Below, piece by piece: positions 31,602 to 40,820 of a stretch of 64,000 nucleotides of DNA (its first letter is position 1; every line of letters starts with the position of its first letter). Made by a program: the position numbers and the translations under genes. The stretch covers positions 124,001 through 188,000 of IMG/VR virus record IMGVR_UViG_3300036770_003657; one strand, given 5' to 3'. The notes under the pieces are model-generated. The model saw only the letters and a list, made by a program, of their open reading frames with translations. It ran no database searches and was not told the DNA's origin.

Positions 31602-32366
31602 ATGACTACTACAACAATGCAGGAACGTGAAAAAATCTACAAATATTGTAGACTAATGTTAGGTGATGGGATGGTTGATGTTGAATTAGATCCAGATCAC
31701 TATGAAATAGCCCTAGATCGTGCCCTAAGTCGTTATCGTCAAAAAAGTCCAAATGCTGTAGAAGAAGCTTTTTATTTCTTAGAACTAAAAGAAGATACCA
31801 ATGATTATAGATTGCCTAAGGAAATCATAGAAGTTCGTAGTATATATCGTCGCACTATAGGCAGTAGAACAGCAGGTGGTAGTGGTGGTACACAGTTTGA
31901 GCCATTTAATTTAGCCTATACAAACACTTATCTTTTGAACAGCACTATGTTAGGCGGTATTGCCACTTATGATATGTTTGCTCAATATCAGGAATTAGTG
32001 GGACGTATGTTTGGTGCTTTTATTGAGTTTCAATGGATACCAACTACACATACACTGCGTATCCTACAACGTAGTTATGGTGATGGTGAGCAAGTTTTAA
32101 TACGTGGCTATAATTATAGACCAGATTATATCTTATTACAAGACACCTATGCCAGTCAGTGGTTTAAGGATTATACATTGGCTAATTGTAAATTAATGTT
32201 AGGTGAAGCACGTGGTAAGTTTAGTCAAATAGCAGGACCAGGTGGATCGGGTGGATTAAACGGTGCAGACCTAAAATCAGCAGCTAAAGAAGAAATTGAG
32301 AAGTTAGAAAAAGAAATAGATACCTATGTAGCAGGTGGTACAGGATATACGCTAGTCATCGGTTAA
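31602..32366 (+). CDS. gp13: Neck protein (T4 gp13-like)
   Basis: YCRLMLGDGMVDVELD..ALDRAL motif. Start moved from 31587 to 31602 because SD GGAG (31589-31592) precedes it and 31587 is only 2 nt from the promoter box. Confidence 0.7.
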   Translation: MTTTTMQEREKIYKYCRLMLGDGMVDVELDPDHYEIALDRALSRYRQKSPNAVEEAFYFLELKEDTNDYRLPKEIIEVRSIYRRTIGSRTAGGSGGTQFEPFNLAYTNTYLLNSTMLGGIATYDMFAQYQELVGRMFGAFIEFQWIPTTHTLRILQRSYGDGEQVLIRGYNYRPDYILLQDTYASQWFKDYTLANCKLMLGEARGKFSQIAGPGGSGGLNGADLKSAAKEEIEKLEKEIDTYVAGGTGYTLVIG

Positions 32367-32374
32367 TATATTGC

Positions 32375-32403
32375 TTGACTTTATCAAATAAATCTATTAT
32401 TAT
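32375..32403 (+). promoter_or_regulatory. Sigma70-type (early) promoter of the dNMP kinase gene
   Basis: TTGACT (32375-32380), 17-nt spacer, TATTAT (32398-32403); SD GAAAGGAG at 32408-32415. Confidence 0.7.
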
Positions 32404-32421
32404 CATAGAAAGGAGTAAACT

Positions 32422-33093
32422 ATGATTGTAGGTATTTGTGGCTTGATTGGTAGTGGTAAAGACACTATTGCTGATTATCTTGTTAATTTTCATGAATTTC
32501 GTAGGGAAAGTTTTGCTCGTAGTTTGAAGGATGCAGTAGCAGCCGTATTTGGTTGGGACCGTGACTTGTTAGAAGGTCGAACTAAAGAAAGTAGAGAGTG
32601 GCGAGAACAAGTAGACTTTTGGTGGAGTAATAGACTAGGAATAAAAATTACACCACGATGGGTACTACAGAACTGGGGTACTGAAGTATGTCGTCAAAAC
32701 TTCCACGATGATATATGGATAGCCAGTTTAGAAAATAAGCTACGAACCAGTAAGGATAATGTGGTAATTAGCGATTGTAGATTCCCTAACGAAATCAGTG
32801 CAATAAAAAATGCTAATGGAATAATACTTTGGGTACAGCGAGGTGAATTACCTGATTGGTATGATATTGCCTTGGACGCTAATAGTGGCAATTTAAAGGC
32901 ATTTAATTATATGCAGGATATAGGAATACACCCCAGTGAATGGAAATGGATTGGTACAGAGTTTGACATTATTATTGATAATAATAGCAGTTTAAATAAC
33001 TTATATAATCAAATTGAAAGTGTCATATTAAATAGACTAAAGTTTAGTGTTGATAACAAGGTGACTTTTATATATTCAACCGTATCAGAATAG
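32422..33093 (+). CDS. Deoxynucleoside monophosphate kinase (T4 gp1-like)
   Basis: P-loop GLIGSGKDT; TPRWVLQNWGTEVCR; VISDCRFPNE; HPSE. Confidence 0.9.
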   Translation: MIVGICGLIGSGKDTIADYLVNFHEFRRESFARSLKDAVAAVFGWDRDLLEGRTKESREWREQVDFWWSNRLGIKITPRWVLQNWGTEVCRQNFHDDIWIASLENKLRTSKDNVVISDCRFPNEISAIKNANGIILWVQRGELPDWYDIALDANSGNLKAFNYMQDIGIHPSEWKWIGTEFDIIIDNNSSLNNLYNQIESVILNRLKFSVDNKVTFIYSTVSE

Positions 33094-33104
33094 CCTTATA
33101 AGTT

Positions 33105-33176
33105 GATTTCTCCTAGTTTTAGGCAGCATTTTTTACCAAATCAAGCTAAATACTTGAGTAAGATTTAGGAGAAATC
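33105..33176 (+). promoter_or_regulatory. Anti-SD/SD inverted repeat with a late promoter between the arms
   Basis: GATTTCTCCTA (33105-33115) is the exact reverse complement of TAGGAGAAATC (33166-33176, containing the sheath SD); CTAAATA lies at 33146-33152. Confidence 0.75.
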
Positions 33177-33181
33177 TAAGA

Positions 33182-36100
33182 ATGGCTCAACTTAACTCAC
33201 CTGGCGTCGTAGTCACAGTTGTCGACGAAAGTTTTTATACACCGGCAGCCCCAAGCACAGTACCTTGTATAGTAGTAGCAACAGCAGAAAACAAACCTAA
33301 TGGAGCCAACACTGGTATCGCTCCAGGTACATTAAAAAGTAATGCAGGGCTAGCATACTTAATCACTAGTCAAAGAGACTTATCTGAAACATTTGGAGTC
33401 CCAATTTTTAGGACTGATTCAAATAATAATCCTGTACATGCTGGTGAACAAAACGAATATGGTTTACAGGCTGCTTATAGTTTATTAGGAGTCAGTAATA
33501 GAGCATATGTGGTTAGAGCAGATGTTGACTTAGGTGCATTAGATCCACAAGCACTTGCTCCACAAGCTGAACCAGAAGCAGGTACTTATTGGTTTGACGT
33601 TGTTAAAAGTTCTTGGGGTATTTTTGAGTGGAATGGTGATGTTAAAGGCGTAGGTAGAGGTCAAACATTTACTAAAAAAGTACCAACAATTGTAACAGAT
33701 CCTGCTAAAGTTGATAGTATAACAGGTGCTCCTAAAGCCAGTGTAGGGACAGTAGGTGATTATGCTGTAGTAAGTTTAATGAACCTAGCAACAAGCTACA
33801 GTGGTGCAGATGTGATGTGGTATAGAAATAGTACAGAATGGGTTAAAGTTGGTAGTGATGATTGGCGTATTAGTTGGCCAGCTGCTATTAGTACTAAATC
33901 TACAATTAATATACCAATAGGCGATGACGATCTAAGTATTGAGATTGATGGTGTTTCAGGATTTGATCCTCTAACTGAAACTATTACATTACCAACAGGT
34001 ACTGTTAGTGCAAGTACTATAGCGTCAGCAATTAATACTTGGAGCCCAGGACCACAACCTCTTGTAGAAGCTCGTGTAAATTCTAGTGGCCGTCTTGAGC
34101 TTTATAGTAGAACTGGGAGTTTTACAATAGGTGGAGCAGCAGCCCAACATATAGGAATAAATGCAGGAACTTATAATAGTCCAAAATTAGAAGTAGCTCC
34201 TCATACAAGAGTTCCATTATTTAAAACAGGTGATCCTGCACCAAGACCAACAGGTAGTGTATGGATTAAGACAACAACAGCCAACGGCGGAGCAGAATTT
34301 GCTCTTAAAAAATATAATGCTGATTCAGATATATTTGAATCAATAACAGCTCCGATGTATCCTAATGCAGCAGAAGCGATTTATGCTCTGGATAAAACAG
34401 GTGGTGAAAGATTACCAGTAGGTAGTGTTTATGTAAAAACAAATCAAACAGAATATCTTTATACATACCCAACTAGTGATAAAGGTCCTTTAAGTGCAGA
34501 CTTTAAGTTTTATAGAAAAAACACTATGGGTGCGACCACTATAACTAGTAAGAAAATTGAAAATGCAACACTGGCTCCTAATATTCTTGATTTAGTTTTT
34601 CAAGAAACAAAAGCAGGTATGGCAGGATATGGATCACCTGTAACTGTTACTGTAGAAGTGTATGGTGTTGCAAGCGATGCAGAAGATATTGCTAAGGCAA
34701 TTAATGATCAAACAGATCTAGTAAATGTTAGAGCACAAGTTGATAGTCAAAACAGACTAGTAATTCAACACTTGTTAGGTGGTGATATTAGAATTGAGGA
34801 AAGTAGCGTATCAGCAGAAAAATTAATAACAATTTTATTTTCAGGTCAAAAAAATGCTCAGTTACATGCTAGTGATTTTGATGATTCCACAGCAAGTTTT
34901 CAACCACAATGGGAAGTAAGCCATTGGGATGCATTAAGATTTACAGCAAGTACTGATGCACCAACTACATTAACTTTGGACCAAACATTATGGTATAATA
35001 GTGTAGTTGATGAAGTTGATATTATGGTACATGATGGTCAAAAATGGAGAGGATATAAAGAAATATTCCCACTTACAGACGATAATGGTCCACAAGTGGC
35101 AGCAACTAGACCGCTTACCCAAAGCACAGGATCTCCATTAGTTGATGGTGATTTATGGATAGATACTAGTGATATTGATAATTATCCAATGATTTATAGA
35201 TTTGATACAAGTAGACCAGGAACTACTTTTACAAAGTGGGTACTGTTAGATAAGACAGATCAAAGTAGTGAAGATGGTGTCTTATTTGCAGATGCACGAT
35301 GGACTGATATCGGTGTAGGGGCTACATATGGATCAAGCACTATACAAGAACTTTTACAGAGTAGTTTTGTAGATCCAGATTGTCCAGATCCTGCATTATA
35401 TCCAAAAGGTATGTTGCTATGGAATATGCGTCGCAGCGGTTTCAATGTTAAGAAATTTGTACAAAATTATATCGATGTAAATGAAGTTAATACACGTTAT
35501 GAAGTTTTAGGTATTAGCGGATTTATGATAGATGAATCCATGACTGATTATTATCCACATCGTTGGGTAACAATTAGCGGTAACCAAGAAAATGGTGCCG
35601 GATACTTTGGTCGCCATGCACAACGTAGAGTAGTAGTACAAAGTTTACAAGCAGTAACAAATAGTTCACGTGATATACGTGAAGAAGCCAGAGTGTTTAA
35701 CTTATTATCTTGTCCAGGATATCCAGAATTGATTGGTGAACTAATTAATCTAAACTTTGATCGTGGACTAACAGCGTTTATTGTAGGTGATACACCTGCT
35801 AGGTTAACTCCAGATGCAACAAGCTTAAAAGCTTGGGGTGATAACTTAAGACTAAGTGTAGAGGACAATGAACAAGGTGCTCCTAGTTATGATGAATACA
35901 TGGGTATGTTTTATCCATGGGGATTCACTAGTGACTTGTCAGGACGTAATATTGTAGTTCCACCAAGTCATATGATGCTAAGAACAATAGCATTAAGTGA
36001 TAGTGTAAGTTATCCTTGGTTTGCCCCAGCAGGTACACGACGTGGTGGTATTACAAATGCTAGTAACGTAGGTTATATTGATGACGAAGGCGAATTTGTA

Positions 36101-36547
36101 GTAGTTGCTCTAAATACTGGACAGCGTGATACATTATATGATGTTAAGATTAATCCAATTACATTCTTTACAGGCGCTGGTCTTGTAAACTATGGTCAAA
36201 AAACTCGTGCTAAAAATGCAAGTGCTCTAGATCGTATCAACGTAGCAAGACTAGTAATTTATCTACGTAGGCAGCTAGATATTTTAGCTAAACCATATGT
36301 ATTTGAACCTAATGATAAGATTACAAGAGATGAAATTAAAGGTGCAGTGGAAAGTTTATTGTTAGAACTAGTAGGTCAAAGAGCATTATATGATTATATT
36401 GTAGTGTGTGATGAGTCAAATAATACTCCTGCTAGAATTGATAGAAACGAGTTGTATGTTGATGTTGCTATTGAGCCTGTTAAAGCAGTTGAATTTATCT
36501 ATATTCCACTGAGACTAAAGAATACGGGTGAAATTGCTGGTCTATAA
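33182..36547 (+). CDS. gp18: Contractile tail sheath protein (T4 gp18-like, 1121 aa)
   Basis: N-terminal SPGVVVTVVDES; C-terminal PWFAPAGTRRG, INPI, GQKT, ALDRINVARL, FEPND..TR, PVKAVEFIYI. Confidence 0.95.
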   Translation: MAQLNSPGVVVTVVDESFYTPAAPSTVPCIVVATAENKPNGANTGIAPGTLKSNAGLAYLITSQRDLSETFGVPIFRTDSNNNPVHAGEQNEYGLQAAYSLLGVSNRAYVVRADVDLGALDPQALAPQAEPEAGTYWFDVVKSSWGIFEWNGDVKGVGRGQTFTKKVPTIVTDPAKVDSITGAPKASVGTVGDYAVVSLMNLATSYSGADVMWYRNSTEWVKVGSDDWRISWPAAISTKSTINIPIGDDDLSIEIDGVSGFDPLTETITLPTGTVSASTIASAINTWSPGPQPLVEARVNSSGRLELYSRTGSFTIGGAAAQHIGINAGTYNSPKLEVAPHTRVPLFKTGDPAPRPTGSVWIKTTTANGGAEFALKKYNADSDIFESITAPMYPNAAEAIYALDKTGGERLPVGSVYVKTNQTEYLYTYPTSDKGPLSADFKFYRKNTMGATTITSKKIENATLAPNILDLVFQETKAGMAGYGSPVTVTVEVYGVASDAEDIAKAINDQTDLVNVRAQVDSQNRLVIQHLLGGDIRIEESSVSAEKLITILFSGQKNAQLHASDFDDSTASFQPQWEVSHWDALRFTASTDAPTTLTLDQTLWYNSVVDEVDIMVHDGQKWRGYKEIFPLTDDNGPQVAATRPLTQSTGSPLVDGDLWIDTSDIDNYPMIYRFDTSRPGTTFTKWVLLDKTDQSSEDGVLFADARWTDIGVGATYGSSTIQELLQSSFVDPDCPDPALYPKGMLLWNMRRSGFNVKKFVQNYIDVNEVNTRYEVLGISGFMIDESMTDYYPHRWVTISGNQENGAGYFGRHAQRRVVVQSLQAVTNSSRDIREEARVFNLLSCPGYPELIGELINLNFDRGLTAFIVGDTPARLTPDATSLKAWGDNLRLSVEDNEQGAPSYDEYMGMFYPWGFTSDLSGRNIVVPPSHMMLRTIALSDSVSYPWFAPAGTRRGGITNASNVGYIDDEGEFVVVALNTGQRDTLYDVKINPITFFTGAGLVNYGQKTRAKNASALDRINVARLVIYLRRQLDILAKPYVFEPNDKITRDEIKGAVESLLLELVGQRALYDYIVVCDESNNTPARIDRNELYVDVAIEPVKAVEFIYIPLRLKNTGEIAGL

Positions 36548-36551
36548 AAAG

Positions 36552-36559
36552 TATAAATA
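36552..36559 (+). promoter_or_regulatory. T4 late promoter TATAAATA
   Basis: Exact consensus 21 nt upstream of the tail tube ATG. Confidence 0.8.
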
Positions 36560-36580
36560 ATAAGAACGGAGCAAAGAACT

Positions 36581-37207
36581 ATGGCAATTGCAACATTAAA
36601 TAGATTTACAGTGCCTTTATCAACAGACGCTAGTGCTAGTAACCAAGGCATGTTAATGCCCAAACTCAAATATCGTTTTAGAATTATGTTTGAGAATTTT
36701 GGTGTTACTAGTCCTTCAACAGAGTTGACCAAGCAGGTACAAACAGCAGCTAAACCCACTGTACAGTTTCAAAATATGGTAATTGAGACATATAACAGTA
36801 AAATTAATTATGCAGGTAAACCAACTTGGAATCCAATTACAGTGGTTATTAGAGATGATGCTACAGGTATTGTAAGCAAGTTAGTTGGTGAGCAGATGCA
36901 GAAACAGTTCGATTTCTTCGAACAGGCCAGTGCTGCTAGTGGTGTAGATTACAAGTTCTTAATGCGTATTGAAATAACAGAAGGCGGAAACGGTATTCAC
37001 GTTCCAACTGTATTAGAAACTTGGGAGTGCTATGGTTGCTATATCCAACAGGCTAATTGGCAATCATTGAGTTATGCAGAAGCAGCTCCACAAACAATTG
37101 ACCTTAATATTCAACCAGATAATTGTATCCAAATTCCACAAGGCAGTGGTGTTGGTGCAGCTATTGGCAGAAGTGTGCGTACAATGGCAACTGGTTCTGG
37201 TGCTTAA
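36581..37207 (+). CDS. gp19: Tail tube protein (T4 gp19-like)
   Basis: Follows the sheath gene; PKLKYRFR..AAKPTV..INYAGKPTWNPITVVIRDD..ETWECYGC. Confidence 0.85.
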   Translation: MAIATLNRFTVPLSTDASASNQGMLMPKLKYRFRIMFENFGVTSPSTELTKQVQTAAKPTVQFQNMVIETYNSKINYAGKPTWNPITVVIRDDATGIVSKLVGEQMQKQFDFFEQASAASGVDYKFLMRIEITEGGNGIHVPTVLETWECYGCYIQQANWQSLSYAEAAPQTIDLNIQPDNCIQIPQGSGVGAAIGRSVRTMATGSGA

Positions 37208-37220
37208 TATTAGAACAAAT

Positions 37221-37244
37221 AAAAAGGGGCTTAGGCCCTTTTTT
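37221..37244 (+). terminator. Intrinsic (bidirectional-type) terminator
   Basis: AAAAAGGGGC-TTAG-GCCCTTTTTT after the tube gene. Confidence 0.85.
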
Positions 37245-37281
37245 ATTGACTTTTTATAATAATAGCATATTTTGAACTATA

Positions 37282-37288
37282 CTAAATA
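37282..37288 (+). promoter_or_regulatory. Late promoter box (CTAAATA), 5 nt before the ATG
   Basis: CTAAATA-atatt-ATG(37294); no SD. Confidence 0.6.
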
Positions 37289-37293
37289 ATATT

Positions 37294-38376
37294 ATGGCGA
37301 GTCCGTTTAATGGATTATTGAATCAAATTGGTAATGGGTTATTAAGACCCAAAGGCCAAATGGGTGACTGGCAACATGCTGCTCGCACCTTTGTGGATGA
37401 TTATTTTAGACTAGCTCCTAAAGCCAAGTTTTTATATCATGTCTTTTTTAAGATTAATAGAAGTGCAGTGTTTTTTCAAGCACTTACAGAACGACATCAA
37501 AATGAAGTTGGGTTATTAGTTAAGGCAGTTGAGCTGCCGAAATTCAATATGAAAACTCAAACTTTAAATCAGTATAATAGAAAGAAAGTAGTTCAAACTA
37601 GTCATAACTTCGGACCAATGACTCTACGTTTTCATGATGATAGATCACATATTGTAAACATTTTATGGCAGGCATATTACAAATATTATTATGCAGATCC
37701 AACAACTGCCACTCAAAAGGAAGCGTATCTACGTAATGCTATGAAATCATGGAGTTATGTAAAAGGAGCACACGGGTTTGATAACAATTCATCTATTCCA
37801 TTTTTTGACTATATTAGTTTATATCAGTTAAACAAGAGAGAGTTTGTTCAATATAAACTAATTAATCCAGTAATACAAGCGTTCAACCATGATAATGCAT
37901 CTAGTAGTGATCAAGGAACAGCAGGTGCTGAATGTACTATGACCATAAATTACGAAGCAGTAACCTATGATATGGGAAGTATAAGTGGTGGTAAGGTAGA
38001 AGGGTTTGCACAGGAACACTACGATAAAAGCCCAAGTCCATTAAGTGCTGCGGGCGGCGGAACAGGTAGCTTACTAGGAGCAGGTGGAGTGTTAGAAGGA
38101 GCTGCTGGAGTATTTGGTGCAATTAGCAATATGAATGAAAATGGATATACCTTAGGTGGAATTTTAGATGCGGGTATCGCTGCCAAAAATACTATTGACA
38201 ATGCTAAAAAGTTAAATAAAGCAGGCTTAAAACAGGAAGGTTTAGGACTAGCTACAGGTTTACTTGTTGGCGGCACAGGATTAGCTGTTCAGGCATTAAA
38301 GGGAGTTAATTTTTCAACTCCATCTAGCACACCTAAAACAGAGGCTAAACCCCTTAATATAGACTACGGAACATGA
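37294..38376 (+). CDS. Tail tube-like baseplate protein (gp19/gp54/gp48 fold)
   Basis: LLVKAVELPKF..LNQYNRKK..MTLRFHDD resembles the tube fold; Gly/Ala-rich C-terminus; position after the tube gene. Confidence 0.6.
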   Translation: MASPFNGLLNQIGNGLLRPKGQMGDWQHAARTFVDDYFRLAPKAKFLYHVFFKINRSAVFFQALTERHQNEVGLLVKAVELPKFNMKTQTLNQYNRKKVVQTSHNFGPMTLRFHDDRSHIVNILWQAYYKYYYADPTTATQKEAYLRNAMKSWSYVKGAHGFDNNSSIPFFDYISLYQLNKREFVQYKLINPVIQAFNHDNASSSDQGTAGAECTMTINYEAVTYDMGSISGGKVEGFAQEHYDKSPSPLSAAGGGTGSLLGAGGVLEGAAGVFGAISNMNENGYTLGGILDAGIAAKNTIDNAKKLNKAGLKQEGLGLATGLLVGGTGLAVQALKGVNFSTPSSTPKTEAKPLNIDYGT

Positions 38377-38738
38377 ACACTAATTTACCTTTAAACACAC
38401 AGGATTCAAATAAAGAAGTACGTCAATTTTTTGATAGCTATTTTACTGCTGAAGTAACATTCCCTACAGCGCAAATAGATGCAGTGTTAGGGTTTTTTCA
38501 AAAAAGAGGGTTTGAAGAACAAGCAAGTAGAAGTGTAAGTATTGTACTAATGAATCAAGCTAAAATAGATAATGTTAATGTGTTTGAACTATTAGATAAG
38601 CTAAAAAACTATAATAATGTACAATTGAATAAAGTGGTCACGCAGATACTTAATTTTTATAGAACCAAAACCAGTGTATTGGGTTATAAAACCGTCGTAC
38701 AAGATGACACTTTTGAGAGTCGTAATATTCTTATATGA
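38373..38738 (+). CDS. Hypothetical protein (121 aa)
   Basis: ATGA-coupled on both sides within the morphogenesis cluster. Confidence 0.7.
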   Translation: MNTNLPLNTQDSNKEVRQFFDSYFTAEVTFPTAQIDAVLGFFQKRGFEEQASRSVSIVLMNQAKIDNVNVFELLDKLKNYNNVQLNKVVTQILNFYRTKTSVLGYKTVVQDDTFESRNILI

Positions 38739-39172
38739 GTAAATTTGCCAAAGGTAAATTCACTCCAAAAAATCCAGCAAAATATGTAGGTAATAGAGAA
38801 CCTACTTATCGTAGTAGCTGGGAATGGGCCTTTATGAACTTTTGTGATACGCACCCTAATATACAGCGTTGGGCCAGTGAAGCTGTTAAAATACCCTATA
38901 AAAATCCATTGACAGGAAGACAAACAATATATGTTCCAGACTTTTTTATACAATATATGGATAAAAAAGGTAAACTATTAACAGAAATAATAGAGATCAA
39001 ACCACAAAATCAACAACTTGTAGAGAAGGTAGGTCGTAATAGCGCAAGAGCCAGTGCCTATGTAGTCAATCAAGCTAAATGGGCTGCTGCTAGTCAATGG
39101 TGCCGTAATGCAGGACTAACTTTTCGTGTACTTAATGAAACAGATATTTTCCATCAAGGCGGAGTAAGATAA
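38735..39172 (+). CDS. gp4: Head completion nuclease-like protein (T4 gp4-like)
   Basis: KYVG..PTYRSSWE..FM.FCD..WASE..IPY..YVPDF..EIKP (PD-(D/E)xK type). Confidence 0.85.
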   Translation: MSKFAKGKFTPKNPAKYVGNREPTYRSSWEWAFMNFCDTHPNIQRWASEAVKIPYKNPLTGRQTIYVPDFFIQYMDKKGKLLTEIIEIKPQNQQLVEKVGRNSARASAYVVNQAKWAAASQWCRNAGLTFRVLNETDIFHQGGVR

Positions 39173-39175
39173 ATA
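39169..39175 (+). promoter_or_regulatory. Late promoter box (ATAAATA) overlapping the gp4 stop, 4 nt before the ATG
   Basis: ATAAATA-aggt-ATG(39180). Confidence 0.6.
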
Positions 39176-39179
39176 AGGT

Positions 39180-39659
39180 ATGACTAAGAAATTAGAAGAA
39201 GTACTCAATTTACCTGAAAATAAAAAAATTATTAAGGAAGAGAAGAAGGAACGTGAAAAGCCTGAACCCTTCCTACGTGACATAGCAGAGTTTGACAAGA
39301 TTAGTGCGGCACTGCCACAAGTTAAAGGTCTTGGAGATCTAAGTGATAGTGAGTTTGATGCCCTAGCAGATAGAGCTACTAATGCCTATGATGACCTAAT
39401 GGATCTAGGAATGAATGTAGATTCACGTTATAGTGGGCGTATTTTTGAAGTAGCTGGAACCATGTTAAAAAATGCCATTGATGCGAAAGCAGCTAAAGTA
39501 GATAAAAAGTTAAAAATGATCGAGCTACAACTTAAAAAGGCAAAGTTAGATCAGGATGCTGAGTCAGATGCTAATAAAGGGGTCAATATTCCAGGCGATG
39601 GATATATAGTAGCAGATCGTAATAGTCTGCTTGAAAAACTAAAAAATATGAATAAATAA
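39180..39659 (+). CDS. Probable terminase small subunit (gp16-like)
   Basis: Helical DLMDLGMNV..RIFEVAGTMLKNAIDAK coiled-coil segment; lies upstream of the large terminase. Confidence 0.5.
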   Translation: MTKKLEEVLNLPENKKIIKEEKKEREKPEPFLRDIAEFDKISAALPQVKGLGDLSDSEFDALADRATNAYDDLMDLGMNVDSRYSGRIFEVAGTMLKNAIDAKAAKVDKKLKMIELQLKKAKLDQDAESDANKGVNIPGDGYIVADRNSLLEKLKNMNK

Positions 39660-39676
39660 TGTATATTGGATATAAT

Positions 39677-40234
39677 ATGGCTACTTTTAAGGATTATCTA
39701 GCAGAAAGCAAAAAAGTCTATAACTTTAAAGTCAAAGTTGCAGGTGACTGTGCTCCTAAAGCACATGACATTTTAAAAGTGTCATTAAGTGAGTTTGAGT
39801 GTAATAGTGTAAGCAAACCTAAGCGTACGCCTATTACTGAAACACCTTTAGACTTTCCACATCAAAAGTTTAGTCATATAAACATTTTTGACATTAGTTG
39901 TAATTACCCAACTACCAGTCAAGTAATGGCAGCTAGAGTAGCTGAAGCATTAAAAATAAGCAATGCCTGTGTAATTGTAAAAAGTGAATTTGAAGAATTA
40001 GAGCAAACTAATAACTTAGAAGGATTTAAAAGGATTGGCACTAAAGCAGAATCTATATTGAATAAACCTTTAGAGGATGTTAGTGGACAAGACTTAGTAG
40101 GCGAAAAACGTCTAAGTTTTTTGAAAGAGTTAAACAAAGTTAAACACGCAGGTGAACAAGTTAAAGGTGTAAATGATCAATTATTAGCCAAGAGCGTGCC
40201 TACAGGATCATCACCAGAAAAGAAAGGACGCTAA
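39677..40234 (+). CDS. Hypothetical, probable head-internal protein
   Basis: Start MATFKDYLAES (in-frame ATG at 39677; 39659 abuts the ATAAATA box at 39652-39658). Confidence 0.6.
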   Translation: MATFKDYLAESKKVYNFKVKVAGDCAPKAHDILKVSLSEFECNSVSKPKRTPITETPLDFPHQKFSHINIFDISCNYPTTSQVMAARVAEALKISNACVIVKSEFEELEQTNNLEGFKRIGTKAESILNKPLEDVSGQDLVGEKRLSFLKELNKVKHAGEQVKGVNDQLLAKSVPTGSSPEKKGR

Positions 40235-40235
40235 T

Positions 40236-40820
40236 ATGGATTTTAATAAATTATACAAAAAGATAGCAGATTTAGATCAAGGTCGTCAAATCCTAAAAGA
40301 GAGTGAACAACCTATTGAAGAATGTGGTATGATGGGTATGAGCCCAATGGGTGGTATGGATGATCGTCCTACCACAATGAGTGTAAACATGAATGCCAGT
40401 GGTGCAGAAGGTATTCGTGAACTATTAAACATCCTACAAGGTCAAGGTGATGATATGCCAGGTGGTATGGATGGTCCAGATGGCGGCCCAGCAGGTGTAC
40501 TAGTAGGTATGGATGGCCCAGATGGAGGAGATGATATAGGTCCCGACGGTGCTCCAGATATGCATGATCATGGTGATGAAGATCCAGGTCAAAAACCCAT
40601 GCTTGGTAAAGGTCCAGAAATGGATGAAGAATTTGCTAACACACCATCCCCTAGTATGGGATCAGTAGCTGATATGACTCCAACTGGTGATGATTTGAGT
40701 AGTAAAGGCGGTAATGAGGTTGGTCAAGTTGCAGGCGGTGGTAATCCATATACACAACCAATGGCAGAAAGTCTTCGCGGTAAATTGGCAGCATTATATC
40801 ACGAAATAAAAACTAGATAA
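40236..40820 (+). CDS. Hypothetical acidic low-complexity protein, probable head-internal protein
   Basis: GMDGPDGG repeated twice; ILKES, IEEC and MAES motifs. Confidence 0.6.
   Translation: MDFNKLYKKIADLDQGRQILKESEQPIEECGMMGMSPMGGMDDRPTTMSVNMNASGAEGIRELLNILQGQGDDMPGGMDGPDGGPAGVLVGMDGPDGGDDIGPDGAPDMHDHGDEDPGQKPMLGKGPEMDEEFANTPSPSMGSVADMTPTGDDLSSKGGNEVGQVAGGGNPYTQPMAESLRGKLAALYHEIKTR

Noticed and set aside
37246-37273. Sigma70 promoter after the tube terminator (TTGACT)
   Set aside because: No good -10 at 17-bp spacing; the late box at 37282 explains expression.
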